NCBI RefSeq assembly: GCF_001194135.2
Contig: NC_068982.1
Span: forward strand, 129,085,663 to 129,149,662
Direction of reading: 5' to 3'
Source: Octopus bimaculoides
Taxonomy: Eukaryota
DNA: 64,000 nucleotides
Shown: positions 1 to 12,682 of the stretch, piece after piece
How positions within the stretch are numbered: the first letter of the stretch is position 1
Layout: every line of letters begins with the position of its first letter
Position numbers and translations under genes: made by a program
The notes under the pieces: generated by a model
What the model was told of the DNA's origin: nothing
What the model saw: the letters and a program-made list of their open reading frames with translations, nothing else
The model's database searches: none

Positions 1-399
1 ATTGGCGCCAAAAAGGCATAGTCGCCATTGCTGCATCCTTATCCACGCATGCGTGGAATTCAACATCTAAAACGTTCCCGCTCTTTTCATACTCTTTCTC
101 GGCCGGCCGGCCATGAGCATGGACGTGTCAAGCAGTGTCTCCAACATTCCAACTCTGGAGCTAGACAAATAACCTCTCAACATCATTGACGGCGTCTCAG
201 CAACCAAAGGGCGAAGTACTGCCTATTTCCTCTGTAAATAAATATTGTTGTGTTGATAGTTCAGAGTCTGCGTTCCGTTGTTTCTTTTGAATTTAATATA
301 GGAAAGCGGGTGTACACCTAATGGTGTATAACCACTTTCCTATAATCTAATTCTTCCAAATCTTTCTGTTAAAACAGTATTGAAAACATTTGTGAGGAT

Positions 400-1770
400 A
401 TTTATTTTTTTTATCACAGCAACTGGTCGAACACCACAAAATTTAACGGAACCTATTGAAGCAAGCCAGCATGCTCGCAGCATTACAACGGGCGATGGCG
501 AAGCTAAGGCGTTGGGAAAGCCAAGCGCCCTAACGGGCATCACCTGACAACTCGGTGAGTGTAGCTGCCAACGTTGACAAGAACTTCGCGGTTAGTGGCC
601 CAGTCTCTCCGAACGTCTCAAACGCTACAGGTTGGAAGAGATAGTTCACTGTCAGGTCCCGATACTTCAGGGTTTTCTTCCGCTCGGCTACGGAAGCAGT
701 GATGCTGAGTTCGTAAGCCATCGATCCCAGCGCCAAAACCTGCTAGAAAAGAGACAATTGCCCTCCTGACATTGTCAGGGATGGAGATGGGTTGTAGAAG
801 ACCTGGTGGGTCGAGCCAGTGTAGGTAATCATCTGGAGGGGCCGGAGGATGTTTCTCCTTCAGTTAGTTGAGGGAGTCTGTGGTACACAGGACGAGGGAG
901 AACAGAGAGGAAAGAAGGCGAACAGCTTCTTTAATGTCAAATTCGCAGAATTTGGCATTAACAGTCTTCTTTAAGTTAGGTCGTCGACCACTGTTCGGGG
1001 TTGAGCTGATAACCAGCCTGAGATGAACAATGGTTGAGGTAGATTCGAACAGCTCGAACTGCCGTTTCAGAGAAGAAGTGGGGGATCCACTATTCCCATT
1101 CATCACGTGGAGGGAGAGAGCAAAATGAACAGAAACAGTTTCTGCCAATTTGAGGTGTTGTTGGATAGGCAGATTTTCTTCAGCAGTTTCGAGGGAACAC
1201 AGGCGAAACAAGACCGAGCACCCTTAGGGATCCAATTGACGATCTTTAGCTTGGACCGACCCTGGAGGGCGGCGGCAAAATCTGCAACAGGAATAGGACT
1301 TCGGAGCAAGGTTCTGTCCTACTAAGGATGTCAGAGCTGAAGTGACATCGGTTGCCTGTCTAGTTAGAAAAACTTTCAGCTTGAACCTTAATAAAGCCGA
1401 CGCAGCTCCTGAGTGAACAACATTAACTCAGGTAGTGGGGTGCAGGAGGCGATGCAGGCAAGCTAGCTGTAACGGGGGTGGTGGAGTGAATAAGGAGAGG
1501 TAGAGAAGGGAGCTGGATGAAGAGCGTTAATACTGGCGGTGGGGTTTGGCTGGGGAGGGCAGGAGACGATGGCGGTAGGTGGGCTATTATGGGAGTTGTA
1601 GGGTGAATAACGGGATGAGCAGGACTAATACCGGCCGAAGGGGTTGAGGAGAGATAGGGGTATGAGTTAACTTTCCTGGAATGTGATGGAGAAGGTGGGG
1701 AGCGAGAGGACGAAGGCTGGTAGAGTGTGACGAAATCGTTTAACCATGCTGGTCTCCTGGTTACTTGTCA
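400..1770 (-). mobile_element. Degenerate, internally deleted non-LTR retrotransposon with restriction-like endonuclease (CRE-clade-like)
   Basis: Broken frames read IPKGARS...WQKLFLF, FDIKEAVRLLSS, LKEKHPPAP, GAGIDGLRTQH, then AERKKTLKYRDL...FQPVAFETFG...QRLSFAIARCNAASML. A-rich tail near 400-413; GC-richer than flanks. Confidence 0.75.
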
Positions 1771-2212
1771 CATGACTCAAAACTTTTTAATTAATTTTAC
1801 TTGGTTTTTCCTTTCCACCAACAAACCACCAATGCAAAGTCCAGCCAGGTCATTGTGTAGCAGAAGTGCGATAATAGCAAAGTGGTGGCATTAAAACATT
1901 GAAGAGGAAAAATGAAACAGAAGAATTTGAGGTGTACCAAAATTAAACAGCAGAAGAAGTAGAGAAATAAGTAAACACAAACATACAATTAAAGAACAAA
2001 AGAGAATTGCAAAGGTTAAAAAAAAGAAAGGAAAAAGAACCTGCCAAAGTTGTTTTGTTTTTACTCCTCTTCTGCTTATGTAATATTGTTGGATAAAATA
2101 ATTAACATCTCCGATAGAGAGTGTTTTCAGCAATTTAATCATTACTTAATATTCTAAATATATTATCACGGTTAAACTTTGTATTAGCGATAAATCTTTT
2201 TTTTTATTTAGG

Positions 2213-2677
2213 NNNNNNNNNNNNNNNNNNNNNNNNNNNNNNNNNNNNNNNNNNNNNNNNNNNNNNNNNNNNNNNNNNNNNNNNNNNNNNNNNNNNNNNN
2301 NNNNNNNNNNNNNNNNNNNNNNNNNNNNNNNNNNNNNNNNNNNNNNNNNNNNNNNNNNNNNNNNNNNNNNNNNNNNNNNNNNNNNNNNNNNNNNNNNNNN
2401 NNNNNNNNNNNNNNNNNNNNNNNNNNNNNNNNNNNNNNNNNNNNNNNNNNNNNNNNNNNNNNNNNNNNNNNNNNNNNNNNNNNNNNNNNNNNNNNNNNNN
2501 NNNNNNNNNNNNNNNNNNNNNNNNNNNNNNNNNNNNNNNNNNNNNNNNNNNNNNNNNNNNNNNNNNNNNNNNNNNNNNNNNNNNNNNNNNNNNNNNNNNN
2601 NNNNNNNNNNNNNNNNNNNNNNNNNNNNNNNNNNNNNNNNNNNNNNNNNNNNNNNNNNNNNNNNNNNNNNNNNNNNN
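2213..2677. other. Assembly gap (others: 26749-26800, 28022-28138, 28717-28776, 35219-35228)
   Basis: Runs of N, mostly next to microsatellites. Confidence 1.
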
Positions 2678-2679
2678 CA

Positions 2680-2716
<37 letters not shown>

Positions 2717-3753
2717 GAAAAGTAAAGATAAATTCGGTGGGATTTGAATTCAGAACACAAAGAATCGGAACAAATAGCGCAAAGTATTTGAAATACATTT
2801 TTGACACAAAAATGTATAGAAAATAAGTTCGCAGATGGTAAACCGCGAAATTAAAAAAATATAATAGAATATAATGTAATATGTAGAAACTCGATACTAA
2901 TGGTTGAGCATTTATTAATCATATAAATTTAGGCTCAATAAAACAATGGAAGTAATAGATTTCTATATGTTATCTAAATATCTTTTGTCTTTTATTTGCT
3001 TCAGTCATTAGACTGCAGCCATGCTGGGACCTTGAAGTGTTTTTTAGTTGAATGAATCGACCGCCACTATTTTTTTTAAGCTGTGGAGGGATCACACACA
3101 CACACACACACACCTATTTTACTTTTCACACATTAACTTGTGCAGATTGAACATGTAAAACATTCAAGAAAGAAATCTGGCTGTTTCTTGCGATAAAGCA
3201 AAATTTTTACATAGGCTCTTATTATACTACTGTGGCCTTCAATTTATTATTTTGCTTAAATGGATCACTAAAAATCTTATATGGACCCCAGTTGGGAACC
3301 ACTGGTTTGGTGGAGCAAATCAACTCCAGTACTTATTTTTTAGGTTTGGAACTTATTGTATTTGTAACTGTTGCCGAACCACTAAGTAACAACGACGTAA
3401 ACAAACCAACAGCAGTTGTCAAGCGGAGTTGGTGAGAACAAACACGAATACACACACAGTGGTCTTCCATATAGTTTCTGCCTACCAAAGTCGCTCGCAA
3501 GGTGTTGGTTGGTCCAAGGCTATAGTAGAAAACATTTGTTAAAATTGCCGTGCAGTGGGACTGAACCTGAAACCACTAGGTTACAAACGAGCTTCCTAAC
3601 CACAGTCATGCCGAATTGTTTTCATAGTTTTGTTATTTTTTAAACTTCCTTATGATGATACCAGTCGTTATTAACTTCCCAAATAATGCACTCAAGTAAA
3701 TTTTTGTTTGATCGACAATTTGCCACACGGACAGCAGGAAAGGGAGGTATATA

Positions 3754-4520
3754 CGAGATGCGTTCAAACAGTATCCCATTTTATTTTTTCCCTCAATAAC
3801 TAATGCTGCATGGGCAAAATCCTTTGGGTAGGAGATGATGCTACCTCTCTTGTGCATGTGTGAAAATTTTCACGCTGGTAGACCACGTCAGTTTCCGGTT
3901 ATTAAGGTTATAGTACAGAGGTGTAGTTCACGCTCGTCGTTTTCATGCAAGATGACCAAACGCATCAAGTTTTGCCAAAAGCTTGGTGATAATCAAGCTC
4001 AAACCATCCAGAAGATTCAGCAGGCCTTTGGCAATGATACCTTAGGTGAAACTCAGATCAAGGAGTGGTACAATCGCTTTGAACATGGCCACACATCAGT
4101 GGAGGCCGAGGGACACTCAGGCAGGTTAACCACAAACGGAAACGAGGAGGCAATTGAGAAGGTTCGGCGAATAGTCATGGAAGACTGTCGAGTAACAGTA
4201 TAGGAAATTGCTCATGAAGTGGAAATAAGCACAGGATCAATACATTTTAATGGAGGATTTGTGCATGTAGAGAGTGTTGGCGAAATTTACCTGAAGGTGC
4301 TGGCAGAGCAGCTGAAACAACTCCTCATAAAAATCGTTCAGGACATGCTGGACTGTGCAAACCATGGCACAGACTTCACGAAGACTATCGTCATTGGTGG
4401 TAAGACATGGGTTTATGGTCTGTGCCCGATGCGTTTGGTTATCTTGCATTACAATGAGTATGCACCACACATCTGTACTCTAGGAGCATAACAGCCAGAT
4501 ACTGATGCAGCCTACTGGCA
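3754..4520 (+). mobile_element. Mariner transposon relic (5' part)
   Basis: TA|CGAGATGCGTTC TIR-like start; IKFCQKLG...IKEWYNRFEHGHTSVEAEGHSGR...DCRVTV (HTH region); GKTWVYG resembles GDETW; stops and frameshifts. Confidence 0.85.
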
Positions 4521-4545
4521 TGAAAACAGGTGTTGGGCAACGATG

Positions 4546-4601
<56 letters not shown>

Positions 4602-5689
4602 TGTGTGTGTTTGTGTGAACCCTTGTCTTAACATCACATAACGATTGTAAACAAGTGTCACCATCATACAAGTGATGTTGTTTGTTTCCAGTTTTCTGTG
4701 AAAAACATCCTGGCCACATAAAATTTCCATGAGGAAATATTCCCTTACTTGGAAACCTGTAAGTGTTGGCAACAGGAAGGTCATCTGGCTGTAGAAAATC
4801 TACCTCAACAAATTCTGTCTTACCTATGCATGCATGGAAAAGTTTCTGGTAAATGATAATGATGAATGAGAACTAATATGATTGATTGTTTCAAAGTTTA
4901 TGAACAAGTATTCAGCATGGTATTTGAATATATTTAATCAAAGAATGTAGCTGTAGATTAGGGAATGGTACTGCCTCCTAGGGTAGGGTGGAAAATTTTA
5001 CATAGTAGCTGGGCACAAATGTGGTGATAGATGCATTTACAGATTTGTAGTCTTTGCTTTCAATTTAAATATTAACTTCAAAAAAAATTTTTATGTAATA
5101 TTATGATAAACCGTTTCCTACAATCACAACAGCTACAACAAAAACAACAACAACATCAACAATAATAACAGACTTTGAAATGTGAATAAGTAAATAAACA
5201 AAACTGAATACATAACACCTTTGCTTATAATATTAGCTTATAGAAAGGGTGATGCAGTGATAAGTAGTCACCTATGTAAAACTAGTACTCAGAACTAAAT
5301 TATTCTAGCCTGATATTACCTGTATGTACCTTAAAAATGGTAATGGGGGAAGGAAGCATTGATTCATAGCAAAGGTTCATTGAAAAAGAGATGATAGTTA
5401 AAAGGAACTTTGAGAATCACTGCTGTAGATGAAATAAATAAGTATTCTGTCTTGAATTCTAATAAAAAAAAAAATATCTTCTCACTATATCTGATACTTA
5501 AAAATAACAATGCATTAGAAACAATGTTATGAAAATATTTACTGAGTTAGTTAACGTTAAACACATAGAAGTTGAAGAAATAGCTTTGCATAGCAAACAT
5601 AGGTTTCTTCTAGTGGTAAAAAATTCAGATTTATTTTTTTGTATAAGATAGTCAGAAGAGAAGTAATAACGTTCATGACCTTTGCAGAC

Positions 5690-6030
5690 CTTCCCAAGTT
5701 GATGAGATTAATGTGACTAATGTTTAACTCAAACATCTGCAGGAAAAAATGTTGGCAGGGTGGTAATTTGAGAAGGAAGGACTGAGAAAAGTATTTAATA
5801 CGTGGGATTATAAGGTGAGATTTAGTACAGGTAACAGGAAGAGGAGGAGAAATAAGTGTTTGTGAGTGGAGAGAGAATAAGAAATTAGCTAGTTGAAAAG
5901 AGAGGAAGCTGTTGTAGTAGTGATATAAGAGGCAGAGAGAAGAAGCATGTAGGTGACTGAATCTTTGCCAATCAGTAAGACAGGCTTCTTGTAAATGCAG
6001 TCTGGGATGTTTGTGGGTAGCAGCCACACT
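5690..6030 (-). mobile_element. CR1/Jockey-like LINE 3' fragment; a related piece lies at about 33400-33560 (+)
   Basis: ASSLCLLYHYYN...QLA...IPRIKYFSQSF resembles ASLCLFYRYYN...ELA...PRxRTxxYxxSF. Confidence 0.6.
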
Positions 6031-6464
6031 ATTCTGTAAATATTAACGGTACTCTAATGTGGGTTTTACTTGTGCTGAAGTATTCCTTGGCTCTAAGAAT
6101 CCTAAACTTTGTGATGTAGTTTTAGTATTCTTATGTATGTGGAGTTGCCACAAAATACCAAAGATTGTGAAATGTAGCATTTACACCAACCTTAAGAGTC
6201 AGGAGAAGAGAAATAATTTGATGTCTATGATTTTCTCAAGGGAAAGTAGCAACATATGAAAAAAAGAAAAAAAAATTTAACCAAGTATTAAAGCTTAAAC
6301 TGCACACTCAGCTAGCCAGCCAAGAATTTACCTCCATCCTGTGGTTCTTGACAGAAGTATGTGATGCATAAATTCTTCAGCATAAAAATAAATAATTACA
6401 ATGGAAAATCAGAAGTCTACATTAAATCTGCACATATTGTATCATATATCATAAATGTATATGT

Positions 6465-7480
6465 GGTCTGCCCAAAAGAAACCAGCCTTTAAAAAAACAA
6501 CAAATTTATTGCTTTACTTACAATTTAATCAGCCTTGCTCCTTCAAAATAATTCCCTTCACTGTTGCCTTCAGATCCTTGGAAGCAGTATTAAAATACCA
6601 CTTTTAATGATTTTATCAAGTCCTAGAATGCTTTTTATAGATAGTACACATGTCTAGCAGCAAATTTTCTTTGAATTCTATTGTCTGAAATCAGCAACAT
6701 TTCTGCACAGATTTCAAGTCTGCAAGGATTAAATCTGGAGTATAAAATGGTTGGGGGTTGAGTTGTTTTGGACTTTACCATGAAGTCACAAATAAAGAGT
6801 GATGCATGAATGGATGCTTTGTCGTTGGTGCAGCATCCAGGCTTTTTTTTTTAAATCATGTATCAGGCTTCTTTTAAACCCCTGTCAAATTCTTTATTGA
6901 CTGTCTGACTGGATAGAACAACCTCATGCCCTTTCAAACATGGCAATCAGTATCACCTTCACATCTAATCAACTCTGATGACCCTTTATGGCTGCAGCAA
7001 CAATGATCTTTTTGTTTTGACACCATAAATGTACACCCATGTCTTATGATTTGCCATGACACTTTTCAGAAAGTTTTCATCAGTATTTGAACACCCAAAC
7101 AGATCTATGACTTGATTCACTCTCTCCCTCTCTCTCCCTCCACCTACTCTCTCTTTTTGTTCATCTGTCAACAGATGCAGCAACACAATCTGTCATCAAT
7201 TTTTCTTTTAAAATCATGTAGCAGAAAATTTTGTAGATTTCAACTTCTCCAAAAACTTTGGGGGTTTTCAGGCAATTATTTTCCTGGAACACAACACATT
7301 CTTTCATAATATTATCATTGCATGTAGTTGCAAAAAGTTGTCCAGATTTGAGACGATATTTGGAGGAAGATCCTTTCAGTTTAAAATGCTGATACCTCTC
7401 ATGACATTGTGTATGGTTCAAACAACCCTCCCCCAGAGGCCCATTACAACATTAATTAAATCGCCATAAAAGTTTGTCCC
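6465..7480 (-). mobile_element. Old mariner relic
   Basis: HLLTDEQK...ENFLKSVMANHKTWVYIYGVKTK resembles HLLTxEQK...FLxxIITGDETWVYxYD; TIR-like end near 6465. Confidence 0.7.
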
Positions 7481-7763
7481 ATTTTCAAACAGAATTTCAA
7501 GTAAATCAGTTGATTTTTCTAAATCTTTCATCATTCAACTCCTGACAAAGCACAAGGACATCAACAGGACTATAGGTGTAAGAGTGGCTGTGTGATAAGA
7601 ATAGGTGCAGGAGTGACTGTGTGGTAAGAAGCTTGCTTCCCAACCACATGGTTCTGGGTTCAGTCCCACTGCGTGGCATCTTGAGCAAGTGCCTTCTTCT
7701 ATAGCTTCAGGCCAACCAAAGCCTTGTGAATAGATTTGGTAGACAGAAACTGTAAGAAGCCCG

Positions 7764-7797
<34 letters not shown>

Positions 7798-8757
7798 CCA
7801 GTACCGCCTGACTGGCTCCCGTAGGATTTTCGAGTGAGATCGTTGCCAGTGCCCCTGGACTGGCTTGTGCGGGTGGCACATAAAAGACACCATTTCGAGC
7901 GTGGCCGTTTTCGTGCGGGTGACACGTAAAAGCACCCACTACACTCTCTGAGTGGTTGGCGTTAGGAAGGGCATCCAGCTGTAGAAACTCTGCCAAATTA
8001 GATTGGAGCCTGGTGTTGCCATCCGGTTTCACCAGTCCCCAGTCAAATCATCATCATCATCATCGTTTAACGTCCGCTTTCCATGCTAGCATGGGCTGGA
8101 CGATTTGACTGAGGACTGGTGAACCAGATGGCTACATCAGGCTCCAATCTGATTAGGTAGAGTTTCTACAGATTTCACTCTGGCCACCACCATCTTTATA
8201 TTATATTCTTTCTAGCTACTGTCATCCGCCCTTGTATAATGTGGGGTGTTCATGTATCACTTCTATAGCAAGACTTCTGTGCTTGTCTCTCAATTATATT
8301 TTAGCCACTCAATATCTGACACAAAGCCACCTCCTCCTATCTCAAATACACACCCGCTCAGGCAAGGAAGATTTTTTACCTATTTTTTCTGGCTACCCTA
8401 CCTATGACTGTGCTTGTCGGCTTTGTCATACCTTTACCTTCGGCATCAGGCACAAAGCCACCTCCCCTTTCTCAAATATACTCCCACTCAGTTGAGGGTT
8501 TTTTTCCTTTTCTTTTACTGTCATTTTTTTGTCTTGCAAGTTACTGTGTGACCTCACTAGTTCTGGTGCAATGAAAAGCGCACCAAGTACACCCTGTAAG
8601 GTGGTTGGCATTAGGAAGGGCATCCAGCTGTAGAAACCATGCCAAAGTTGATAGTGGAGCTCGATACAGACTTGTGGATCAGTAGATCTTGCTAAATTAT
8701 CTAACCCACACCAGCATGGAAATCAGATGTGATGATGATATACACATTGATCTAGAT

Positions 8758-9137
8758 CAGTGGCTCTCAACCAAGGTCCATATAAAATTTGGTGGGTGGG
8801 GGGCATACAAGCAAGACAGTAGATTGGGGATCCACAGTAGAAGGTTAAGGATTCATGAAAATGTTTGGTTATGATGTATTTATTACAAAAAAATAACTAG
8901 GTTTCTTTCTCTAACTTTTTACATAGTTTAACATGTTTCCAGTCACTGAAACATATTCTGTCAGAGAGTGCTAATGCAGATCTACAGACGTTAATATGTG
9001 AAAAACAAAATAGAAATTTTGAAAGAAGTATCTTATAAAACTAGTTTTTTTAACATCAAATAGCTATGGTGGGGTTTGCCAGAATGAAATAGTAATCAAA
9101 GGGGCCCATTTCGTAAAAAATGGTTGATCAAGATCTG
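8758..9137. mobile_element. hAT-type MITE
   Basis: Starts CAGTGGCTCTCAACC, degenerate right end GGTTGA...CTG; 8-bp TSD atctagat/atcaagat. Confidence 0.6.
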
Positions 9138-11199
9138 ATCAAGATAAACTGTTAATGTAATTTTATTCAAACTGTTTAACAAATTTTCTAAACTAATGAG
9201 TACACGCATCTAAAAAATATGAAGCATAATAAAACAAATTTTTCTGATATAAAAAAGTTATAAAACAAAAAAGTACTTTTTTTTTACTCATAAATATTGT
9301 CTTGCTGGTTTTAGTCTGTTCAAAACTATTTACCATATTATAAACAAGGGCAGCAACATTCTATAACCTCAAACCTTATCTATTTTTATCATAGAACTTA
9401 TCTATCTGTTGAATTGAAAATAAACTGCTTTTAAATGAATGTGTTTAAGTTATTTATTATTAGTTAGTCAGTTAGTTAACTATGTCTATGTACTTCTATA
9501 AACTGTAGAATTTATTTAACTTTTAAAATAACTAAATATAATAAGAAACATTTTCTATCTGCTGAGTTCTCCACTTCACCTCACCTGCTAAAATTATTTG
9601 CAGCAAGTCTGCAGTAGAAATCAAGCTATTCTAGCAGAAGAGGAAACTAGAGATGATAAGGCTGGCAAGAATTTGTGCGTTGTAAAGTGTATTACCATTC
9701 CTTAAATACCTAATCTGATAAAAATAAAAATGAGAAGGAAGCAAATTTAACATCGTTATCAACAACTATAGGAGATTTTTCTTAAAACCTTATCTATTTG
9801 CTTAGTATTCTTCAATATTAGAATATGTGTAGTATTAACGAAGAATATTAATTATTGTATTTAAATCAGCTCCACCTAATTATACATGTGTGAATAGAAA
9901 TATTGCTAGATATACCAGAACAATATCTATGTAATTTTTTAAACTGGCACAAGGCCATACATCTTAGGCTGGAGGAGAACAGTTGATTATTTTGGCCACC
10001 AGTACAGCTCTGGTCCTTTATTTTATTGTCCTCAGAATGATGAAAAGCAGAGTTGACCTAGACAGGATTTGAACTCAGATTGTAAAGAGCAGGAGCAAAT
10101 ACCACAAGGTATTTTTGACATTTAAACAATGCTGCCAATTTGCCACCTTAATGTCTATTGTGGACTGCACTACTTGTGTTTAGTTCTTTATTGTAACATT
10201 TGTCATCACAGTCATCATCATTTCAACATTCATTTTCTCATGCTTACATGGATCATACAGAGTTTATTGAGGCTGATTTTCTATAGCGAGATGCCCTTCA
10301 TGTTTCCAAGCAGGGTAACATTTTCCCTATGACCAGACATGTTCTCACAGAATATCAAAAATGAACGACCATGCATATATAACAGACACTCCTTTACAAA
10401 TAACACAACATGTCAAGACAAGGAAACACAAATATACACACTCACACATAGATATATATAACAAGCTTCTTTCATTTTCCATCTGGTCTAGCTGTAGAAA
10501 CTCTGCCAAATCAGATTGGAGCCTGGTGTAGCCATCTGATTTCACCAGTCCTCAGTCAAATCGTCCAACCCATGCTAGCATGGAAAGCGGACATTAAACG
10601 ACGACGACGACGGCCTAGGACTAGAGTAGAAGACACTTGCACAAAATGCCATGCAGTAGGACTGAACCTGAAACCATGTGGTTGGGAAGTAAACTTCTCA
10701 ACCACACCGCCACACCTGCACCTATTTTGCAATACATTTGACTCCACACATAGTTTTAAGTCCCTCAATCAGTGAAAGGTCTGTTATTATTCTAAATTCC
10801 ACATTTAGTAGTTATTTACTCCACCTTCTACAATTTGCATTACAATTTCTCATGTGTTATTAAATTTTGGAGACGTTTCATGCTAAGTCAGATGCTCTTA
10901 CAACCCTCCATATTCCAATTCTTTAAATCTTTACATGTTATAAAAGCTTTGAACAAAAATGACCTTGAAAAAAATGGTTTTACTTGTTTCAGTCATTGGA
11001 CTGTAAGCATGCTGGGGCACCATCTTGAGGGGTTTTAGTTGGACAATATTAACCCCAGTACTTACTTTTTTTGAAGTCTGGCACTTATTCTATCAGTCTC
11101 TTTTGCTGAACCACTAAGTTATGGGGATACAAACAAACCAACACCGGTTGTCAAGTGGTGGTGAAGAAACAACCACAGACACTAGCACACACATATATA

Positions 11200-11581
11200 C
11201 ATGGTGGTCGTGAGAAAAACGGAAAATTTGTGATATGCAAAGTTACATTTTCACAAGATCTCTTTGAGGTAAACAATAAGCACAACAAAGTGTGATATCA
11301 TATTAACACTCACAAATGTTCAAAATGTTTTCCATGCACTTCATGACAGTGTTTTAATAGAGAAATCCAAGCTCGTGTGACATTTTGAAGTGTAACTTGA
11401 GGGATGTCATTCCAAGCTTTCATCAAGCACGTTTTCAGTTCATCAATGACAGTTATATAGCATGCTTGTTATGATTACGTGCTCATTCAATAACTGAAAC
11501 CACCTATCACACAGTTTATCGATCTAATTAATGCTTGCTAGTTTTGCCTTCAAATTTTCTGCTTTTCTAGCGACCACCCTG
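11200..11581. mobile_element. Tc1/mariner-type MITE
   Basis: TA|CATGGTGGTCG...CGACCACCCTG|TA inverted termini with TA target duplication; no ORF. Confidence 0.75.
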
Positions 11582-11771
11582 TATATAGTGCAGGCATGGC
11601 TTTGTGGTAAGAAGTTTGCTTCTCAACCATATGGTTCTGAGTTCAGTCCCACTACATGGCACCTTGGGCAAGTGTCTTTTGCTATAACCTCAAGCTGACT
11701 AAAGTCTTGTGAATGAATTTAGTAGACAGAAACTGAAAGAAGCCTGTTGCATATATATATATATATATATA

Positions 11772-12682
11772 CGAGTGGGTACCCAAAAGAAACCAGAAAT
11801 TTGCAGCATTATTTTATTTACTTAGTTTTACATGTTTACACTTTTATCGCCTTCAAAGTATTCTTTATTTGAAGCAATGCATTGGGCCAGGCACATTTTC
11901 CACTATTCAAAGTAGTGCTAGAACTCTTGTGAATTGATGCCTTTTAATGCCTCCATCGTTTTTTTCCTTCACCTCTTCCACATCTGCAAATTCCGTAGCA
12001 TCAACTTTTGTCACCAGCAATGACCTTTGAATAAAGGTCTGGATCAACTTCCAACTGTTCTTTCAGTTCACGACATGCATTCAGTCATGACTGCTTTTGA
12101 TCTTCTGTGAGCAAGCTAGGCACAAATTTTGCTGCAACACCTTTCATTCATAATTCCTCATTCAAAATTCGTTGGCAGAAGCTCCTGGACTCACCAGTCA
12201 TATCATCAAGTTTGTCAATTGTTTGGTGACAGTTCTCCAAGATCAGTTCATAAATTTTCATGATATTTTTTATTCATTTGGGAAGTCAATGGTCATCCCG
12301 AACAAAGTTGTTCTTCAAGCAACAAATGACCATTCCTAAAATATGGAAACCACTTGTAAACATGTGTTTTGCTCATGGCAGCATCCTTGTAAGCTGCTCG
12401 AGGCATGACAACTATTTCAGTTGCCATTTTCCCCAGCAGAAAACAGAATTTCATGGAAGCATGCTGTTCCTTCAATTCAGCCATCGCAAAAGTTGACATA
12501 CAGGGGAGAAGCACTGCAAAACAAAAAGACGCACCATGTGGCAGTATGACCCTACACAATGCTGCTGGTCAGCAGACTGATGTCTGAGGGTCACATCAAG
12601 TGGCTTCTAGCAGTGGAAGCCTGAACTACAATGAGCTTGTCCCACAAAGTAACGTTTCCAGTTACTTTTGAGTACCCACTCA
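11772..12682 (-). mobile_element. Internally deleted mariner with both TIRs and TA flanks
   Basis: Left CGAGTGGGTACCCAAAAGAAACCAGAAA vs reverse complement of right TGAGTGGGTACTCAAAAGTAACTGGAAA; MKFCFLLGK...VYKWF...AKFVPSLLTEDQK...VIAGDKS then a jump to the C-terminal end. Confidence 0.88.

Noticed and set aside
2146-2807. Long ORFs of 164-204 aa
   Set aside because: They consist of X residues spanning an N-gap.
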